Notes: a model not told the origin generated them from the letters alone. 40,000 nt of DNA from Oscillospiraceae bacterium (GCA_045602925.1 JAZSCN010000041.1:144290-184289), one strand, 5' to 3'. Shown: positions 1 to 9,427, counted from the first letter of the stretch. Made by a program: numbers and translations.

Positions 1-72
1 CAAGCAGTTTCGCTGTTTTGACAGCATTACCATTTTTATAATGCGTTATATTATGCGTATTTCATAAAAGAA

Positions 73-109
73 ACGGCTTGCAGACTTTATATCTACAAGC
101 CGTATTTTT
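73..109. terminator. Hairpin terminator downstream of the kinase-like gene
   Basis: ACGGCTTG (73-80) pairs with CAAGCCGT (96-103). T-runs follow on both strands. Confidence 0.6.
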
Positions 110-124
110 CATTTTTCTGAGCGT

Positions 125-1957
125 TTATTCTGCAGGCTGTTCGCTTTGTGGCTGAGTAGCTTCAGGCTCTGATGATGTATCGCCTTGCGGCTGGTCATCA
201 GTTACTGCTTCTGTAGTGGTTGCTGTTGTAGTAGTTGTTGTTGCAGGGTCAACGCCGTTTGAAACGTACACTATGAGTATTTCGTTCTTTGTTATATCGA
301 CTGATTTTCCTGGGGCAACGCTTGTCTTACAGATATAGCCCTTTTCGACTACAGAAGAATACATTAGCTTTGTTTCGCAAGTAATTCCCTCATCCTTCAG
401 AATTTCAAGGTATATATCCTGCTTTAATGAATTATATGAAGGGACAACGAGCTTAGATGGACCGGCTGAAACCACGAGCTTAAGCTCAGGTCTGTTATCC
501 GGGTCATACTCGATTCCTGGGTCTATGCTCTGGCTGATGATAAAGCCCTTAGCAAATTCAGGATTATCGTACTGTTCTGTTACCACGATAGTAAATGAAG
601 ATGAGATAGAATCCTTAACTGCGTTATAGTACTGACCTACGAGCTTAGGGACTATTGAGCCTTCACCCAGACCACTTGTTGTAACAGAGGTTGTAGTGGA
701 TTCATCAGGGTCGACCGACTGTGCAGGTGTTGTAGTTGTAGTCGTTGTTGTATGAGAATAGGTTCTTGAAGGGGTGCCTGAAGAACTTTGTCCACCGTCT
801 CCGCCGCTGAACACGACAATAATCAGGATAATTGCCAAAAGCACAAAGCAGACAGCCAATGCTACAATAACGATTGACTTGACTTTTTCTTCCTTATCCT
901 CTTCTTCGGTTGACCTAGACTTAGCCATTGGTGCAGTATCCGGCTTCTGGACAGGAATAGTTTGTGTAGCGCCTTTTTCGTGCTCGACGTAGGCAGTTTG
1001 CTGTTCGAAGAGTCTAGTAACGAGCTCTGTGATAGTTTGGATTCTATCTTCGCTCTTTACTGACATACCCTTCATAATAATTCTTGAGATGCTAGCTGGT
1101 ATATCCGGGTTAACCTTGATAGGCTCGATAAGGTCGTCGTTGCCTATTCTTCTATAGGCCTCGGTTGGAACACAGCCTGTGAGCATACGATACAGTATTG
1201 CTGATATTGCATATACGTCTGTCCAGCTACCCTGCCACTCGAGAGAGCTATACTGCTCGGGAGCTGCATAGCCTGAATAGAGCTCGGGGGTAAGTTCAGA
1301 GGTAGAGGTTCTTATTGCACTTATACAAAAGCCGATTACTTTAAGCTCGCCTTTTGTAGTAACGATAATATTCTCAGGTGAGAGACCTCTATGTATTATA
1401 CCTGCGTTATGTGCTAGGCTCAAAGTTGTGAATATAGGCGGAAACAGTTTCTTTACCTGTTCCCAAGTAAGTCTACCTGAATTTGACTGGAGGAACTTCT
1501 TTAGTGAAACACCTTCGACATATGGGTAGATTGTATAAGTTGTATTATTCTGCGAAAAAAGGTCCACAGCGGGAACTATATTCGGCAATGTTCTAAGTCT
1601 TGAGAGTGTTTTATTGACCTCAGCAAACTCAGACATATAGGTCTTATACTTAGCCAGGCAATCCGGGTTAACCTGCACACTGTCGTTACCTCTGCTTCTT
1701 GTAGAGAAGGTATCGGGCAGGTATTCTCTTACTACGACCTTTTCGTGTGCTATCTTATCGTAGCCGATATAGGATGCACCTTCGCCGTTATAGGAAAGGA
1801 CTCTTCCGACCAGATATCTGTCATCAAGGACCGTACCTGCTTCTAGGTAGGGCTGTATTCTTGGTATGTTACCGTTATGGCTACAATTAAGACAGCTTCC
1901 GTCAGGCTCGAGCTCGTTCATACAGCCAAGACACAGATTAAGTTCATTAACGTCCAA
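125..1957 (-). CDS. Membrane-anchored Ser/Thr kinase-like receptor (Zn-ribbon, degenerate Hanks kinase domain, TM, two PASTA-like repeats); predicted pseudokinase
   Basis: 610-aa ORF with a TTG start 6 nt after AGGAGGA. N-terminal CxxC...CxxC, kinase-fold motifs (APE retained), a TM segment (IVIVALAVCFVLLAIILIIVVF), PASTA-like repeats and Thr-rich linkers. Confidence 0.85.
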   Translation of the reverse strand: MDVNELNLCLGCMNELEPDGSCLNCSHNGNIPRIQPYLEAGTVLDDRYLVGRVLSYNGEGASYIGYDKIAHEKVVVREYLPDTFSTRSRGNDSVQVNPDCLAKYKTYMSEFAEVNKTLSRLRTLPNIVPAVDLFSQNNTTYTIYPYVEGVSLKKFLQSNSGRLTWEQVKKLFPPIFTTLSLAHNAGIIHRGLSPENIIVTTKGELKVIGFCISAIRTSTSELTPELYSGYAAPEQYSSLEWQGSWTDVYAISAILYRMLTGCVPTEAYRRIGNDDLIEPIKVNPDIPASISRIIMKGMSVKSEDRIQTITELVTRLFEQQTAYVEHEKGATQTIPVQKPDTAPMAKSRSTEEEDKEEKVKSIVIVALAVCFVLLAIILIIVVFSGGDGGQSSSGTPSRTYSHTTTTTTTTPAQSVDPDESTTTSVTTSGLGEGSIVPKLVGQYYNAVKDSISSSFTIVVTEQYDNPEFAKGFIISQSIDPGIEYDPDNRPELKLVVSAGPSKLVVPSYNSLKQDIYLEILKDEGITCETKLMYSSVVEKGYICKTSVAPGKSVDITKNEILIVYVSNGVDPATTTTTTATTTEAVTDDQPQGDTSSEPEATQPQSEQPAE

Positions 1958-2120
1958 AGCTTTTCCTCCTTATAAAATGGGGCACGCATGACAAAACTAG
2001 CATGCACGCATACTTTACCTTATGATAACAGCTTGTGTAAGGCATGTCAACTAAAATCGATGTTTTGTGAACTTTCCGCAACAATTTGTAGCCCTTTTGT
2101 AACTGTTACATTACACAAAT

Positions 2121-2147
2121 AAGGCGATTTGTATAACAAATCGCCTT
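2121..2147 (-). terminator. Hairpin terminator after the zinc-ribbon membrane protein gene
   Basis: AAGGCGATTTGT / ACAAATCGCCTT is a 12-bp perfect stem with a 3-nt loop. On the minus strand it is followed by ATTTGTGT. Confidence 0.6.
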
Positions 2148-2153
2148 AAAAAT

Positions 2154-2906
2154 TTAGATATCTGTTGGATATGTCGGTGTGGAGTTATAGTACTGATACT
2201 CCATATTTTTATTAAATGTAACTGTAAGTCTTACTGCCTGCTCATTTTCGGCTTCGTCTTCGTAGTAGTACTTATATGTATATGTAACGAAGGCGTTTTC
2301 ATAGGTTATGCTATAAGGGTCGAGGTCGATTTCATCGAGAACCTTCTTATACTTCTGGTTAGTCTTTACGTTATCTAAGTTAATTTCGCTATCGGCTTCT
2401 TCGCCCTTATGATTCTTTTTGCACACGGTAAAATCGGTATGAGTAACTGTAACAATCTCGTTCTCCTCATTAAGGCAGATTGTAACAGCCCATTCGGGAA
2501 AGTTTATTCCGTCAACCTTGACAGAATCCTCAGATTCGACAATATAGTCAAACTTCATAGCGTTATTGACGGCAGTAAACCTAGACTCGTTAGCGACTTT
2601 AATATCTGTATCATTAACTGCTTCGAGGATATTCTCACCAATATACTCTGAGAGCACCTCGGCGGTATCGGTTCCGTCATCGACAATGAGCTTAACAACG
2701 AGGAATATAATAAACACGAGCACAACGACAAGTGCTGCTATTACTGCAAAAAACTTAATTCTCGAGATAATACCCGCCTTATCCATAGGAGTTTTTTCAG
2801 CCTTCTCCTTTGGCAGTTTTTCCTTCTTCTGTTTTATAGCTGTTCCGCAACAGGTACACACCTTTGCGTCATCAGGCAATACTTCTTTACACTTCTTACA
2901 GACCAT
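2154..2906 (-). CDS. Zinc-ribbon membrane protein, unknown function
   Basis: I place the start at MVCKKCKEV (ATG 2906) because AGGAGG lies 6 nt upstream. It has a CxxC...CxxC N-terminus, one TM helix and an extracytoplasmic domain. Confidence 0.75.
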   Translation of the reverse strand: MVCKKCKEVLPDDAKVCTCCGTAIKQKKEKLPKEKAEKTPMDKAGIISRIKFFAVIAALVVVLVFIIFLVVKLIVDDGTDTAEVLSEYIGENILEAVNDTDIKVANESRFTAVNNAMKFDYIVESEDSVKVDGINFPEWAVTICLNEENEIVTVTHTDFTVCKKNHKGEEADSEINLDNVKTNQKYKKVLDEIDLDPYSITYENAFVTYTYKYYYEDEAENEQAVRLTVTFNKNMEYQYYNSTPTYPTDI

Positions 2907-3042
2907 AAAATACCTCCTGTCAAGCATACAAATTTATTTTATCACACATAGCTTACATTGTCAAATAAGCGCACAGAATTTTGTTGAAAAAGCTCTAATA
3001 ATGTAGCTCTTTTACAGCAAATTATACAAACCTCGAGCTGTT

Positions 3043-3072
3043 TTGACGCTACACAAAAGCTACGCATAATAT
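3043..3072 (+). promoter_or_regulatory. Candidate sigma-A promoter for mazF
   Basis: TTGACG (3043-3048), a 17-18 nt spacer, then ATAATAT. Confidence 0.5.
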
Positions 3073-3170
3073 ATATCGGGTTATCAAACTATTAAAGACA
3101 CCTACATGATTAACCATAAAAAATATGGCAATAATAAGCTCAAGGCAACTAAGTTTTAGGAGGAAACGAG

Positions 3171-3524
3171 ATGTCCATACACAGAGGAGAGATATACTAC
3201 GCAGATTTAAGTCCTGTTGTTGGCTCTGAGCAGGGTGGCATTAGGCCTGTACTTATTGTTCAAAATGATGTTGGAAACAGGCATAGTCCGACTGTCATTG
3301 CGGCGGCTATTACCAGTCAGCGTGACAAGTCGAGGTTACCGACTCACATTGAGGTTAACTCCGGTAGCTGTGGCTTACAGAAGGATTCGGTAGTACTATT
3401 AGAACAGATTCGCACGATTGACAAGCGTCGTTTAAAGGAGAGGATGGGGGCACTGGATTCTGCTTCGATGACGAAAATAGATAATGCTTTAGAGATTAGC
3501 TTCGGACTTCACGGTGACAGATAG
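3171..3524 (+). CDS. mazF: MazF/EndoA-type mRNA interferase toxin (PemK family)
   Basis: 117 aa. RGEIYYADLSPVVGSEQGGIRPVLIVQNDVGNRHSPTVIAAAITSQ...LPTHIEV...DSVVLLEQIRTIDKRRL is close to B. subtilis EndoA as I recall it. AGGAGG SD is present. Confidence 0.92.
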   Translation: MSIHRGEIYYADLSPVVGSEQGGIRPVLIVQNDVGNRHSPTVIAAAITSQRDKSRLPTHIEVNSGSCGLQKDSVVLLEQIRTIDKRRLKERMGALDSASMTKIDNALEISFGLHGDR

Positions 3525-3525
3525 A

Positions 3526-3573
3526 GGGGGCGTCTTCCACGCGGTATAGTGTGGGAGGTGCCCCCGATTTTTT
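3526..3573 (+). terminator. Intrinsic terminator after mazF
   Basis: GGGGGC...GCCCCC outer stem with an inner CTTCCAC/GTGGGAG pairing, followed by TTTTTT. Confidence 0.75.
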
Positions 3574-3629
3574 CATTGACTTATTGTGCTGAATGTGATA
3601 TTATAAGGATATTATCAGGAACATCAGAA

Positions 3630-4601
3630 ATGGAAAGGATGTGTAATGACTTGACAAAGCTTTATCTTGCTATTCCCTGCTACAATGAGGAGGAGGTTCT
3701 TCCTGACTCGGCGCAAAAGCTTTTAAAGAAGTATGATGAGCTCGCTTTGGCAGGCAAAATCACCCCTGACAGCAGAATTATTTTTATAGATGACGGCTCT
3801 AAGGACAAGACCTGGGAGCTTATAGAAAAGCTTCACGAGAGTGACAATCGCTTTGGTGGAATTAAGATGAGCAGAAACCGTGGCCATCAGAACGCACTAC
3901 TCGGTGGGCTTATGACTTTAAGGGACAAGGCTGATGCTGTTATATCCCTTGATGCTGACCTACAAGACGACATTGACGCTATTGATGGAATGCTCGAAAA
4001 GTACGAAGAGGGCTACGACGTTGTATACGGTGTTCGTTCCTCGAGAGAAAAGGACAGCTTCTTCAAGCGCTTTACTGCAGAGGGCTACTACAAGGTGCTT
4101 AACAAGATGGGTGCAAAAATCGTATTCAATCATGCTGACTTCAGACTTATGAGCAAGAGGGCGCTTGAGTCATTCTCAGAATTCCACGAGGTAAACATAT
4201 TCCTGCGTGGACTTGTTCCTATGGTTGGCTACAAGAGCACTATTGTTGAATACGAACGCAAGGAAAGACTTGCTGGAGAATCTAAGTATCCTCTCAAAAA
4301 GATGCTTGCGCTGGCACTTGAGGGTATCACCTCGCTATCGGTTAAGCCTCTTAGATTCATAACCGGCTTAGGCGTTATGGCGTTTATGGTGAGTGTTATT
4401 ATGCTCATTTACTTCCTTGTAAGATACTTTACCGGTCACACTATTGTTGGCTGGGCCAGTCTGGCTGTTTCCATCTGGGCACTCGGTGGTCTTCAGCTTT
4501 TATCTATGGGTATTCTCGGCGAATATCTTGGAAAGATTTATCTTGAGACTAAGGGACGTCCACGATTTATTGTTGAGACTTACCTTAATGATGAAGAATA
4601 G
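3630..4601 (+). CDS. GT2 family glycosyltransferase, GtrB-like polyprenol-phosphate glycosyltransferase with C-terminal TM helices
   Basis: YLAIPCYNEEE, IFIDDGSKD, SLDADLQD and two C-terminal TM segments. I prefer ATG 3630 over the GTG at 3549 because 3526-3573 is a terminator. Confidence 0.8.
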   Translation: MERMCNDLTKLYLAIPCYNEEEVLPDSAQKLLKKYDELALAGKITPDSRIIFIDDGSKDKTWELIEKLHESDNRFGGIKMSRNRGHQNALLGGLMTLRDKADAVISLDADLQDDIDAIDGMLEKYEEGYDVVYGVRSSREKDSFFKRFTAEGYYKVLNKMGAKIVFNHADFRLMSKRALESFSEFHEVNIFLRGLVPMVGYKSTIVEYERKERLAGESKYPLKKMLALALEGITSLSVKPLRFITGLGVMAFMVSVIMLIYFLVRYFTGHTIVGWASLAVSIWALGGLQLLSMGILGEYLGKIYLETKGRPRFIVETYLNDEE

Positions 4602-4609
4602 ACACTCTT

Positions 4610-4638
4610 ACGCTACTCCAAATGGGGTAGCGTTTTTG
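4610..4638 (+). terminator. Intrinsic terminator
   Basis: ACGCTAC / GTAGCGT stem followed by TTTTT. Confidence 0.65.
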
Positions 4639-4703
4639 GTACTTGAAAGAAAACAAAAAATGATATATAATAGATATGTATTTTATTATCTGGAGAAATT
4701 ATA

Positions 4704-5453
4704 ATGCAAAAGACACTTGGATATATGAGAAAGGCTATAACCGAATTCGACCTTATACAAGATGGCGACAGAATTGCTGTTGGTGTTTCGGGTGGAAAGG
4801 ACAGTCTTGTTCTGCTCAAGGGGTTATGCCTTCTAAGGAGATTTATCGGGATAGATTATGAGCTTGTTGCAGTAACGCTCGACCCTTGCTTTGGTGGAAT
4901 TGAGGGCGATTATTCTGCGGTTTCTGAGCTTTGTGAAGAAATGTGTATTCCTTATGTTTTAAAAAGGACTCAGATAGGACAGATTGTTTTTGATGTACGC
5001 AAGGAGGAACACCCTTGCTCGCTATGTGCGAGGATGCGTCGAGGCGCACTTCACGATGCTGCAAAGGAACTGGGCTGCAACAAGGTTGCACTTGGACATC
5101 ATTACAATGATGCTGTTGAGACCTTTATGATGAACCTATTTATTGAGGGCAGGATTGGTTGCTTTGCGCCAAAGAGCTATCTTTCAAGAAAAGACCTTAC
5201 GCTCATAAGGCCTATGGTGCTCGCACCTGAAAATGAAATTCGCAAGGCTTCAAACAGAAATGGACTTTGTATTGTAAAATCAAAATGCCCTGTTGACGGT
5301 CACACAAAGCGTGAGGATATGAAGGATTACCTAGCTTCTATGGAGAAAAACGATAAGGGCTTCACAGACAGAATTTTCGGCGCACTGAGGCGAAGCGGAA
5401 TTGACGGCTGGGGTTACAAGGATTCTAAGATGGGAGAAATGACTGATGAGTGA
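4704..5453 (+). CDS. PP-loop ATPase, TtcA-like tRNA thiolation enzyme family
   Basis: SGGKDS PP-loop and a CSLCARMRRG CxxC motif. GGAGA SD is present. Confidence 0.75.
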   Translation: MQKTLGYMRKAITEFDLIQDGDRIAVGVSGGKDSLVLLKGLCLLRRFIGIDYELVAVTLDPCFGGIEGDYSAVSELCEEMCIPYVLKRTQIGQIVFDVRKEEHPCSLCARMRRGALHDAAKELGCNKVALGHHYNDAVETFMMNLFIEGRIGCFAPKSYLSRKDLTLIRPMVLAPENEIRKASNRNGLCIVKSKCPVDGHTKREDMKDYLASMEKNDKGFTDRIFGALRRSGIDGWGYKDSKMGEMTDE

Positions 5454-6213
5454 ACTTAAAGAAGCTCAAGAAGGCTACATTGACTTAAAAAAGCTACCGA
5501 CTGCTGACAATGCACTTATATGGTATGCTGCAGTTCTCCCCTTTTTATCGCTGTTCTTTCACTACTACTGCACTAACAAGTATCACGGGATGCTTCTTTG
5601 GGGGCTAACGATACTACTCAGAATATTCGCATGCTACTGGGATAACAGGAGGCTTATAAAGCTTGGCATGTGGAAGGATGAAAAGGTCGCTGTTGAGGTA
5701 TTCTTCCCTATTATGTATATGGTCAAGCGCAACACATGGCTCAAGCGTTCTGCGACGGTTGTAGTTGTTGCGGCGGCTTGCTTTGTGTATGCATTTATTT
5801 CAAACGGATTTGTTCAAAATCTTATTGCGACAGACGAAAAATACTGCTCATACGTTAGTCAATACTATTCGAGCTATATAACAAATCTGCCTGCTGACGA
5901 CAATCTTATATACAATGATGATGAAACGCTTGACACACTTATAAAAAAGCATTGCTACGGAAAGAGCTACACCGGTACAATTGACAAGGAAGTCAACTAC
6001 ACTCACGCAAAGCAGGATAAAGTACATTATGTTATTGCTACTGCGAAGCTTGCCGGTGAGGAATTAAAGCTCACCTTTAAGCTGGACTATGACGGATACG
6101 TTTTTCTCGGCATGGAGATAGAATCGGTAGAGCTTGGTGGCAAGACTCTTGAGGGCGAAGAAAGAGATACACTTTTAAAAGAAATGTTCATGTATGAAAC
6201 AAGTGAGGAGTAG
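5446..6213 (+). CDS. Hypothetical membrane protein
   Basis: 255-aa ORF that overlaps the upstream stop by 8 nt (operon-like). Several hydrophobic helices, then a soluble C-terminal domain. Confidence 0.6.
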   Translation: MSELKEAQEGYIDLKKLPTADNALIWYAAVLPFLSLFFHYYCTNKYHGMLLWGLTILLRIFACYWDNRRLIKLGMWKDEKVAVEVFFPIMYMVKRNTWLKRSATVVVVAAACFVYAFISNGFVQNLIATDEKYCSYVSQYYSSYITNLPADDNLIYNDDETLDTLIKKHCYGKSYTGTIDKEVNYTHAKQDKVHYVIATAKLAGEELKLTFKLDYDGYVFLGMEIESVELGGKTLEGEERDTLLKEMFMYETSEE

Positions 6214-6214
6214 T

Positions 6215-6691
6215 ATGGCAAGGGTTATAATGATATGCGGAAGGCTATGCAGTGGCAAGTCAACGCTTGCTAAAAAGCTTTCGCAGGAAAGAAGAGCTAT
6301 TATACTATCCTGCGATGAAATTTCGCTAATGCTTTTCCCTGAAGGATTAGGTTGTGACCACGATGCTATGACTGAAAAAATAAAGCGTTATCTTCTCTCG
6401 AAGGCAACAGAAATCCTCTCGACCGGTACTGACGTAATTCTGGAATGGGGATTTTGGACTTACGCTTCGCGAAAAGAAACGAGGGCTTATTTTGAAGCTT
6501 TGGGGTATGAATGTGAGCTTTACTATCTTTGTGTAGATGAAGCTGAATGGGCAAGACGCATTGAGGCTAGAAACAAGGATATCAAGAGTGGTCAATTAAA
6601 CGAATACTACGTTGATGCGGGGCTACTTAGCAAGGCTAACTCGCTTTTTGAGGAGCCGACAGCCGACGAGGGCTACACTATTATAGAATAA
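6215..6691 (+). CDS. P-loop NTPase/kinase-like protein (AAA_33-like)
   Basis: Walker A GRLCSGKST. ATG 6215 follows GAGGAG and the upstream TAG stop. Confidence 0.7.
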   Translation: MARVIMICGRLCSGKSTLAKKLSQERRAIILSCDEISLMLFPEGLGCDHDAMTEKIKRYLLSKATEILSTGTDVILEWGFWTYASRKETRAYFEALGYECELYYLCVDEAEWARRIEARNKDIKSGQLNEYYVDAGLLSKANSLFEEPTADEGYTIIE

Positions 6692-6696
6692 AACAA

Positions 6697-6737
6697 GCTG
6701 TCAAGAGAGCATTTCACTCTTTTGACAGCCTTTTTTT
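6697..6737. terminator. Bidirectional terminator between convergent genes
   Basis: GCTGTCAA / TTGACAGC stem with T-runs on both strands. It abuts the ldhA stop codon. Confidence 0.7.
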
Positions 6738-7767
6738 AAAAGCATTTGCAGGCTCTGTTCTTTCTGCACTCCTCTATTCTTCCGCAATGGTAGCACAGCT
6801 CGTTTGTGCAGGCACCCTTATCAAAAAACTCGATAATGTTATCTACTGTTGTTTCTGCGATATTCATAAGAGCTTCTTCTGTCAAGAACGCTTGGTGAGA
6901 GGTTACGATAACATTCGGCATAGATATGAGTCTTGCTAATGTATCGTCCTCTACAATATGGCCTGAGAAGTCTTCAAAGAAGAGGTCGGCTTCTTCCTCA
7001 TAAACGTCGAGGCAGGCACCTCCGATTTTTCTCGCTTTGATTCCTTCGAGGAGGGCTTCGGCGTCGATGAGCGCACCTCGTGATGTATTGATAATGATGA
7101 CGCCCTTCTTAAGCTTACTTATTGAATTTTCGTCTATAAGGTGATGTGTTTCTTCGGTAAGTGGGCAATGGAACGAGATAACGTCGCTTTTTTCATAGAG
7201 TGTATCGAGTGTTACATACTCAATATCGCTATCCTTTGCAGGAAACTTATCATACGCGATTACCTTCATACCAAAGCCTTTACAGATATCTATAAAGATT
7301 CTGCCAATCTTACCGGTACCGACCACTCCGACAGTTTTACCAAAGAGGTCAAAGCCTGTAAGTCCGTTCAGACTGAAGTTGAAGTCCTTTGTTCTTATAT
7401 ACGCTTTATGGATTCGTCTTACTGATGTTAAAAGCATTGCCATAGCATGCTCTGCTACTGCATATGGAGAATACGCAGGCACTCTTACTATATGGATTTT
7501 ACCAAAGGCGTGGGCTACATCGACGTTATTATAGCCGGCACATCTGAGGGCTATAAGCTTTACGCCCATTTCATAAAGCTTATCTATTACTGTAGCATTT
7601 ACGTCGTCGTTTACAAAGACGCACACGCCCTCACAGCCCTTTGCGAGTGCTACGGTATCTTCGTTAAGCTTGGTTTCGTAAAACTTAAATTTAATCCCCT
7701 TCTGCTCGCTATATTGTTCAAACGAAGCTTTGTCATAAGGCTTGGTATCAAAAAATGCAAATTTCAT
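6736..7767 (-). CDS. ldhA: D-lactate dehydrogenase / D-isomer-specific 2-hydroxyacid dehydrogenase with a Cys-rich C-terminal tail
   Basis: MKFAFFDTKPYDK..., NAD-binding motif GVVGTGKIGR, and catalytic-region motifs (INTSRG, TSHQAF). Confidence 0.88.
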   Translation of the reverse strand: MKFAFFDTKPYDKASFEQYSEQKGIKFKFYETKLNEDTVALAKGCEGVCVFVNDDVNATVIDKLYEMGVKLIALRCAGYNNVDVAHAFGKIHIVRVPAYSPYAVAEHAMAMLLTSVRRIHKAYIRTKDFNFSLNGLTGFDLFGKTVGVVGTGKIGRIFIDICKGFGMKVIAYDKFPAKDSDIEYVTLDTLYEKSDVISFHCPLTEETHHLIDENSISKLKKGVIIINTSRGALIDAEALLEGIKARKIGGACLDVYEEEADLFFEDFSGHIVEDDTLARLISMPNVIVTSHQAFLTEEALMNIAETTVDNIIEFFDKGACTNELCYHCGRIEECRKNRACKCF

Positions 7768-7893
7768 TTATAACGCTCCCATTCATTTTTTATAGTAGTA
7801 TGGTCACTACTTACTGTTTTTATTATAACATATTTCCGTTATTTTGTATACTGTTTTAGTGTACAATTATTATATTTTCTTAGCATAAAAAAG

Positions 7894-7922
7894 TTGCAAT
7901 ATGATAAAAAATGTGGTACAAT
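7894..7922 (+). promoter_or_regulatory. Candidate promoter for the malic enzyme gene
   Basis: TTGCAA, a 17-nt spacer, then TGgTACAAT (extended -10). Confidence 0.55.
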
Positions 7923-7960
7923 TCATACTGTACGAACTATACCCGAAAGGAAAATGATGT

Positions 7961-9133
7961 ATGAATTACGCTGAAGAATCACTGAAGAAGCATTACGAAT
8001 GGGGTGGAAAGATTGAAGTAATCTGCCGCGCTCCGCTTGAGACAAAGGATGATTTATCGCTTGCATACACGCCCGGTGTTGCACAGCCTTGTTTAGAGGT
8101 TCAAAAGGACATAAACAAGAGCTACGAGTTGACGAGGCGTTCAAATCTTGTTGCTGTAGTGACAGATGGTACGGCTGTGCTCGGACTTGGTGACATTGGC
8201 CCTGAGGCCGGCATGCCTGTTATGGAGGGAAAATGTGCACTCTTCAAGGCATTCGGTGATGTTGATGCTATACCACTTTGTGTACGTTCAAAAGAGGTTG
8301 ACGACATTGTTAATACTGTAAGACTTCTCGCCGGCTCATTCGGTGGAGTAAACTTAGAGGATATTTCTGCGCCACGTTGCTTTGAGATTGAAAGGAAGCT
8401 AAAGGAATGCTGTGATATTCCTATATTCCACGATGACCAGCACGGCACGGCTGTTGTTTGTCTTGCTGCTATGCTCAACGCACTAAAGGTAACCGGCAAG
8501 AAGCTTGAGGACATCAGAGTTGTAACAAGCGGTGCTGGTGCGGCAGGAATTGCAATAATAAGACTTCTCATAGCTATGGGACTTCGTGATGTTGTTCTTT
8601 GTGACACTAAGGGCGCAATCTATGAAGGAAGAGAGGGTCTCAACGCTGAAAAGGCTGAGATGGCAAAGATTACAAACCGTCAGTTAAGAAAGGGCTCACT
8701 CGCAGAGATGCTTGTTGGTGCTGATGTGTTTATAGGTGTATCTGCTCCGAACTGTGTAACGCAGGACATGGTACGCTCTATGGCTGAAAATCCGATACTC
8801 TTCCCTATGGCTAATCCTACACCTGAGATTATGCCTGAGCTAGCAAAAGAGGCAGGTGCGGCTGTTGTTGGAACAGGAAGAAGCGACTTCCCTAATCAGA
8901 TTAATAACGTACTCGCCTTCCCCGGAATTTTCAGGGGTGCACTTGATGTTAGGGCTTCAGACATCAATGATGAGATGAAGGTTGCGGCTGCGAGGGCTAT
9001 TGCGGACTTTGTAACAGATGACAAGCTTTGTGCTGACTACATTATTCCGTCGGCACTTGACAGAAACGTAGCGAAGGCTGTGGCTTCGGCTGTTGCACAG
9101 GCAGCGAGAGACACCGGCGTTGCGAGAATATAG
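7961..9133 (+). CDS. NAD(P)-dependent malic enzyme (short form)
   Basis: 390 aa. LSLAYTPGVA, GTAVLGLGDIGP and FHDDQHGTA are typical malic enzyme motifs. Confidence 0.9.
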   Translation: MNYAEESLKKHYEWGGKIEVICRAPLETKDDLSLAYTPGVAQPCLEVQKDINKSYELTRRSNLVAVVTDGTAVLGLGDIGPEAGMPVMEGKCALFKAFGDVDAIPLCVRSKEVDDIVNTVRLLAGSFGGVNLEDISAPRCFEIERKLKECCDIPIFHDDQHGTAVVCLAAMLNALKVTGKKLEDIRVVTSGAGAAGIAIIRLLIAMGLRDVVLCDTKGAIYEGREGLNAEKAEMAKITNRQLRKGSLAEMLVGADVFIGVSAPNCVTQDMVRSMAENPILFPMANPTPEIMPELAKEAGAAVVGTGRSDFPNQINNVLAFPGIFRGALDVRASDINDEMKVAAARAIADFVTDDKLCADYIIPSALDRNVAKAVASAVAQAARDTGVARI

Positions 9134-9339
9134 GTACAACACGGGCAGGCTTATACAGTCTGCTCGTTATTGTTTTTGTGAGTTTTCCGTCATTTTAACC
9201 CAAAGAAGTGTGGTTTCACGGCTTTATGAGGTCATTTTGCAAAAATGAAATGGCGAACGAGAAATGGAGAGAAATCGAGAAAAACAGAGAGAATTTAAGC
9301 GTTTGAGGGATATAAATTGAAAATTCGGCAAAATACCTA

Positions 9340-9367
9340 TTGACAAGTTTAAAAAAGATGGTATAAT
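9340..9367 (+). promoter_or_regulatory. Candidate promoter for rplM-rpsI
   Basis: TTGACA, a 16-nt spacer, then TGgTATAAT. Confidence 0.65.
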
Positions 9368-9427
9368 AAGTAATGTTGTTTTAAGTCAAGAAGACTAAAA
9401 GAAATAAATTTTATGGAGGAAACTAAT

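Noticed and set aside
7844-7866. Near-palindrome TTGTATAC-N7-GTGTACAA upstream of ldhA as a Rex box
   Set aside because: The length and inner half-sites do not match the TTGTGAA-N4-TTCACAA-type consensus. AT-rich DNA readily yields such near-palindromes.
9230-9300. Purine-rich GAGAAAT-like repeats and a 17-codon basic ORF between the malic enzyme gene and rplM
   Set aside because: No SD, no clear structure and no terminator/promoter pairing. It cannot be distinguished from intergenic noise by eye.
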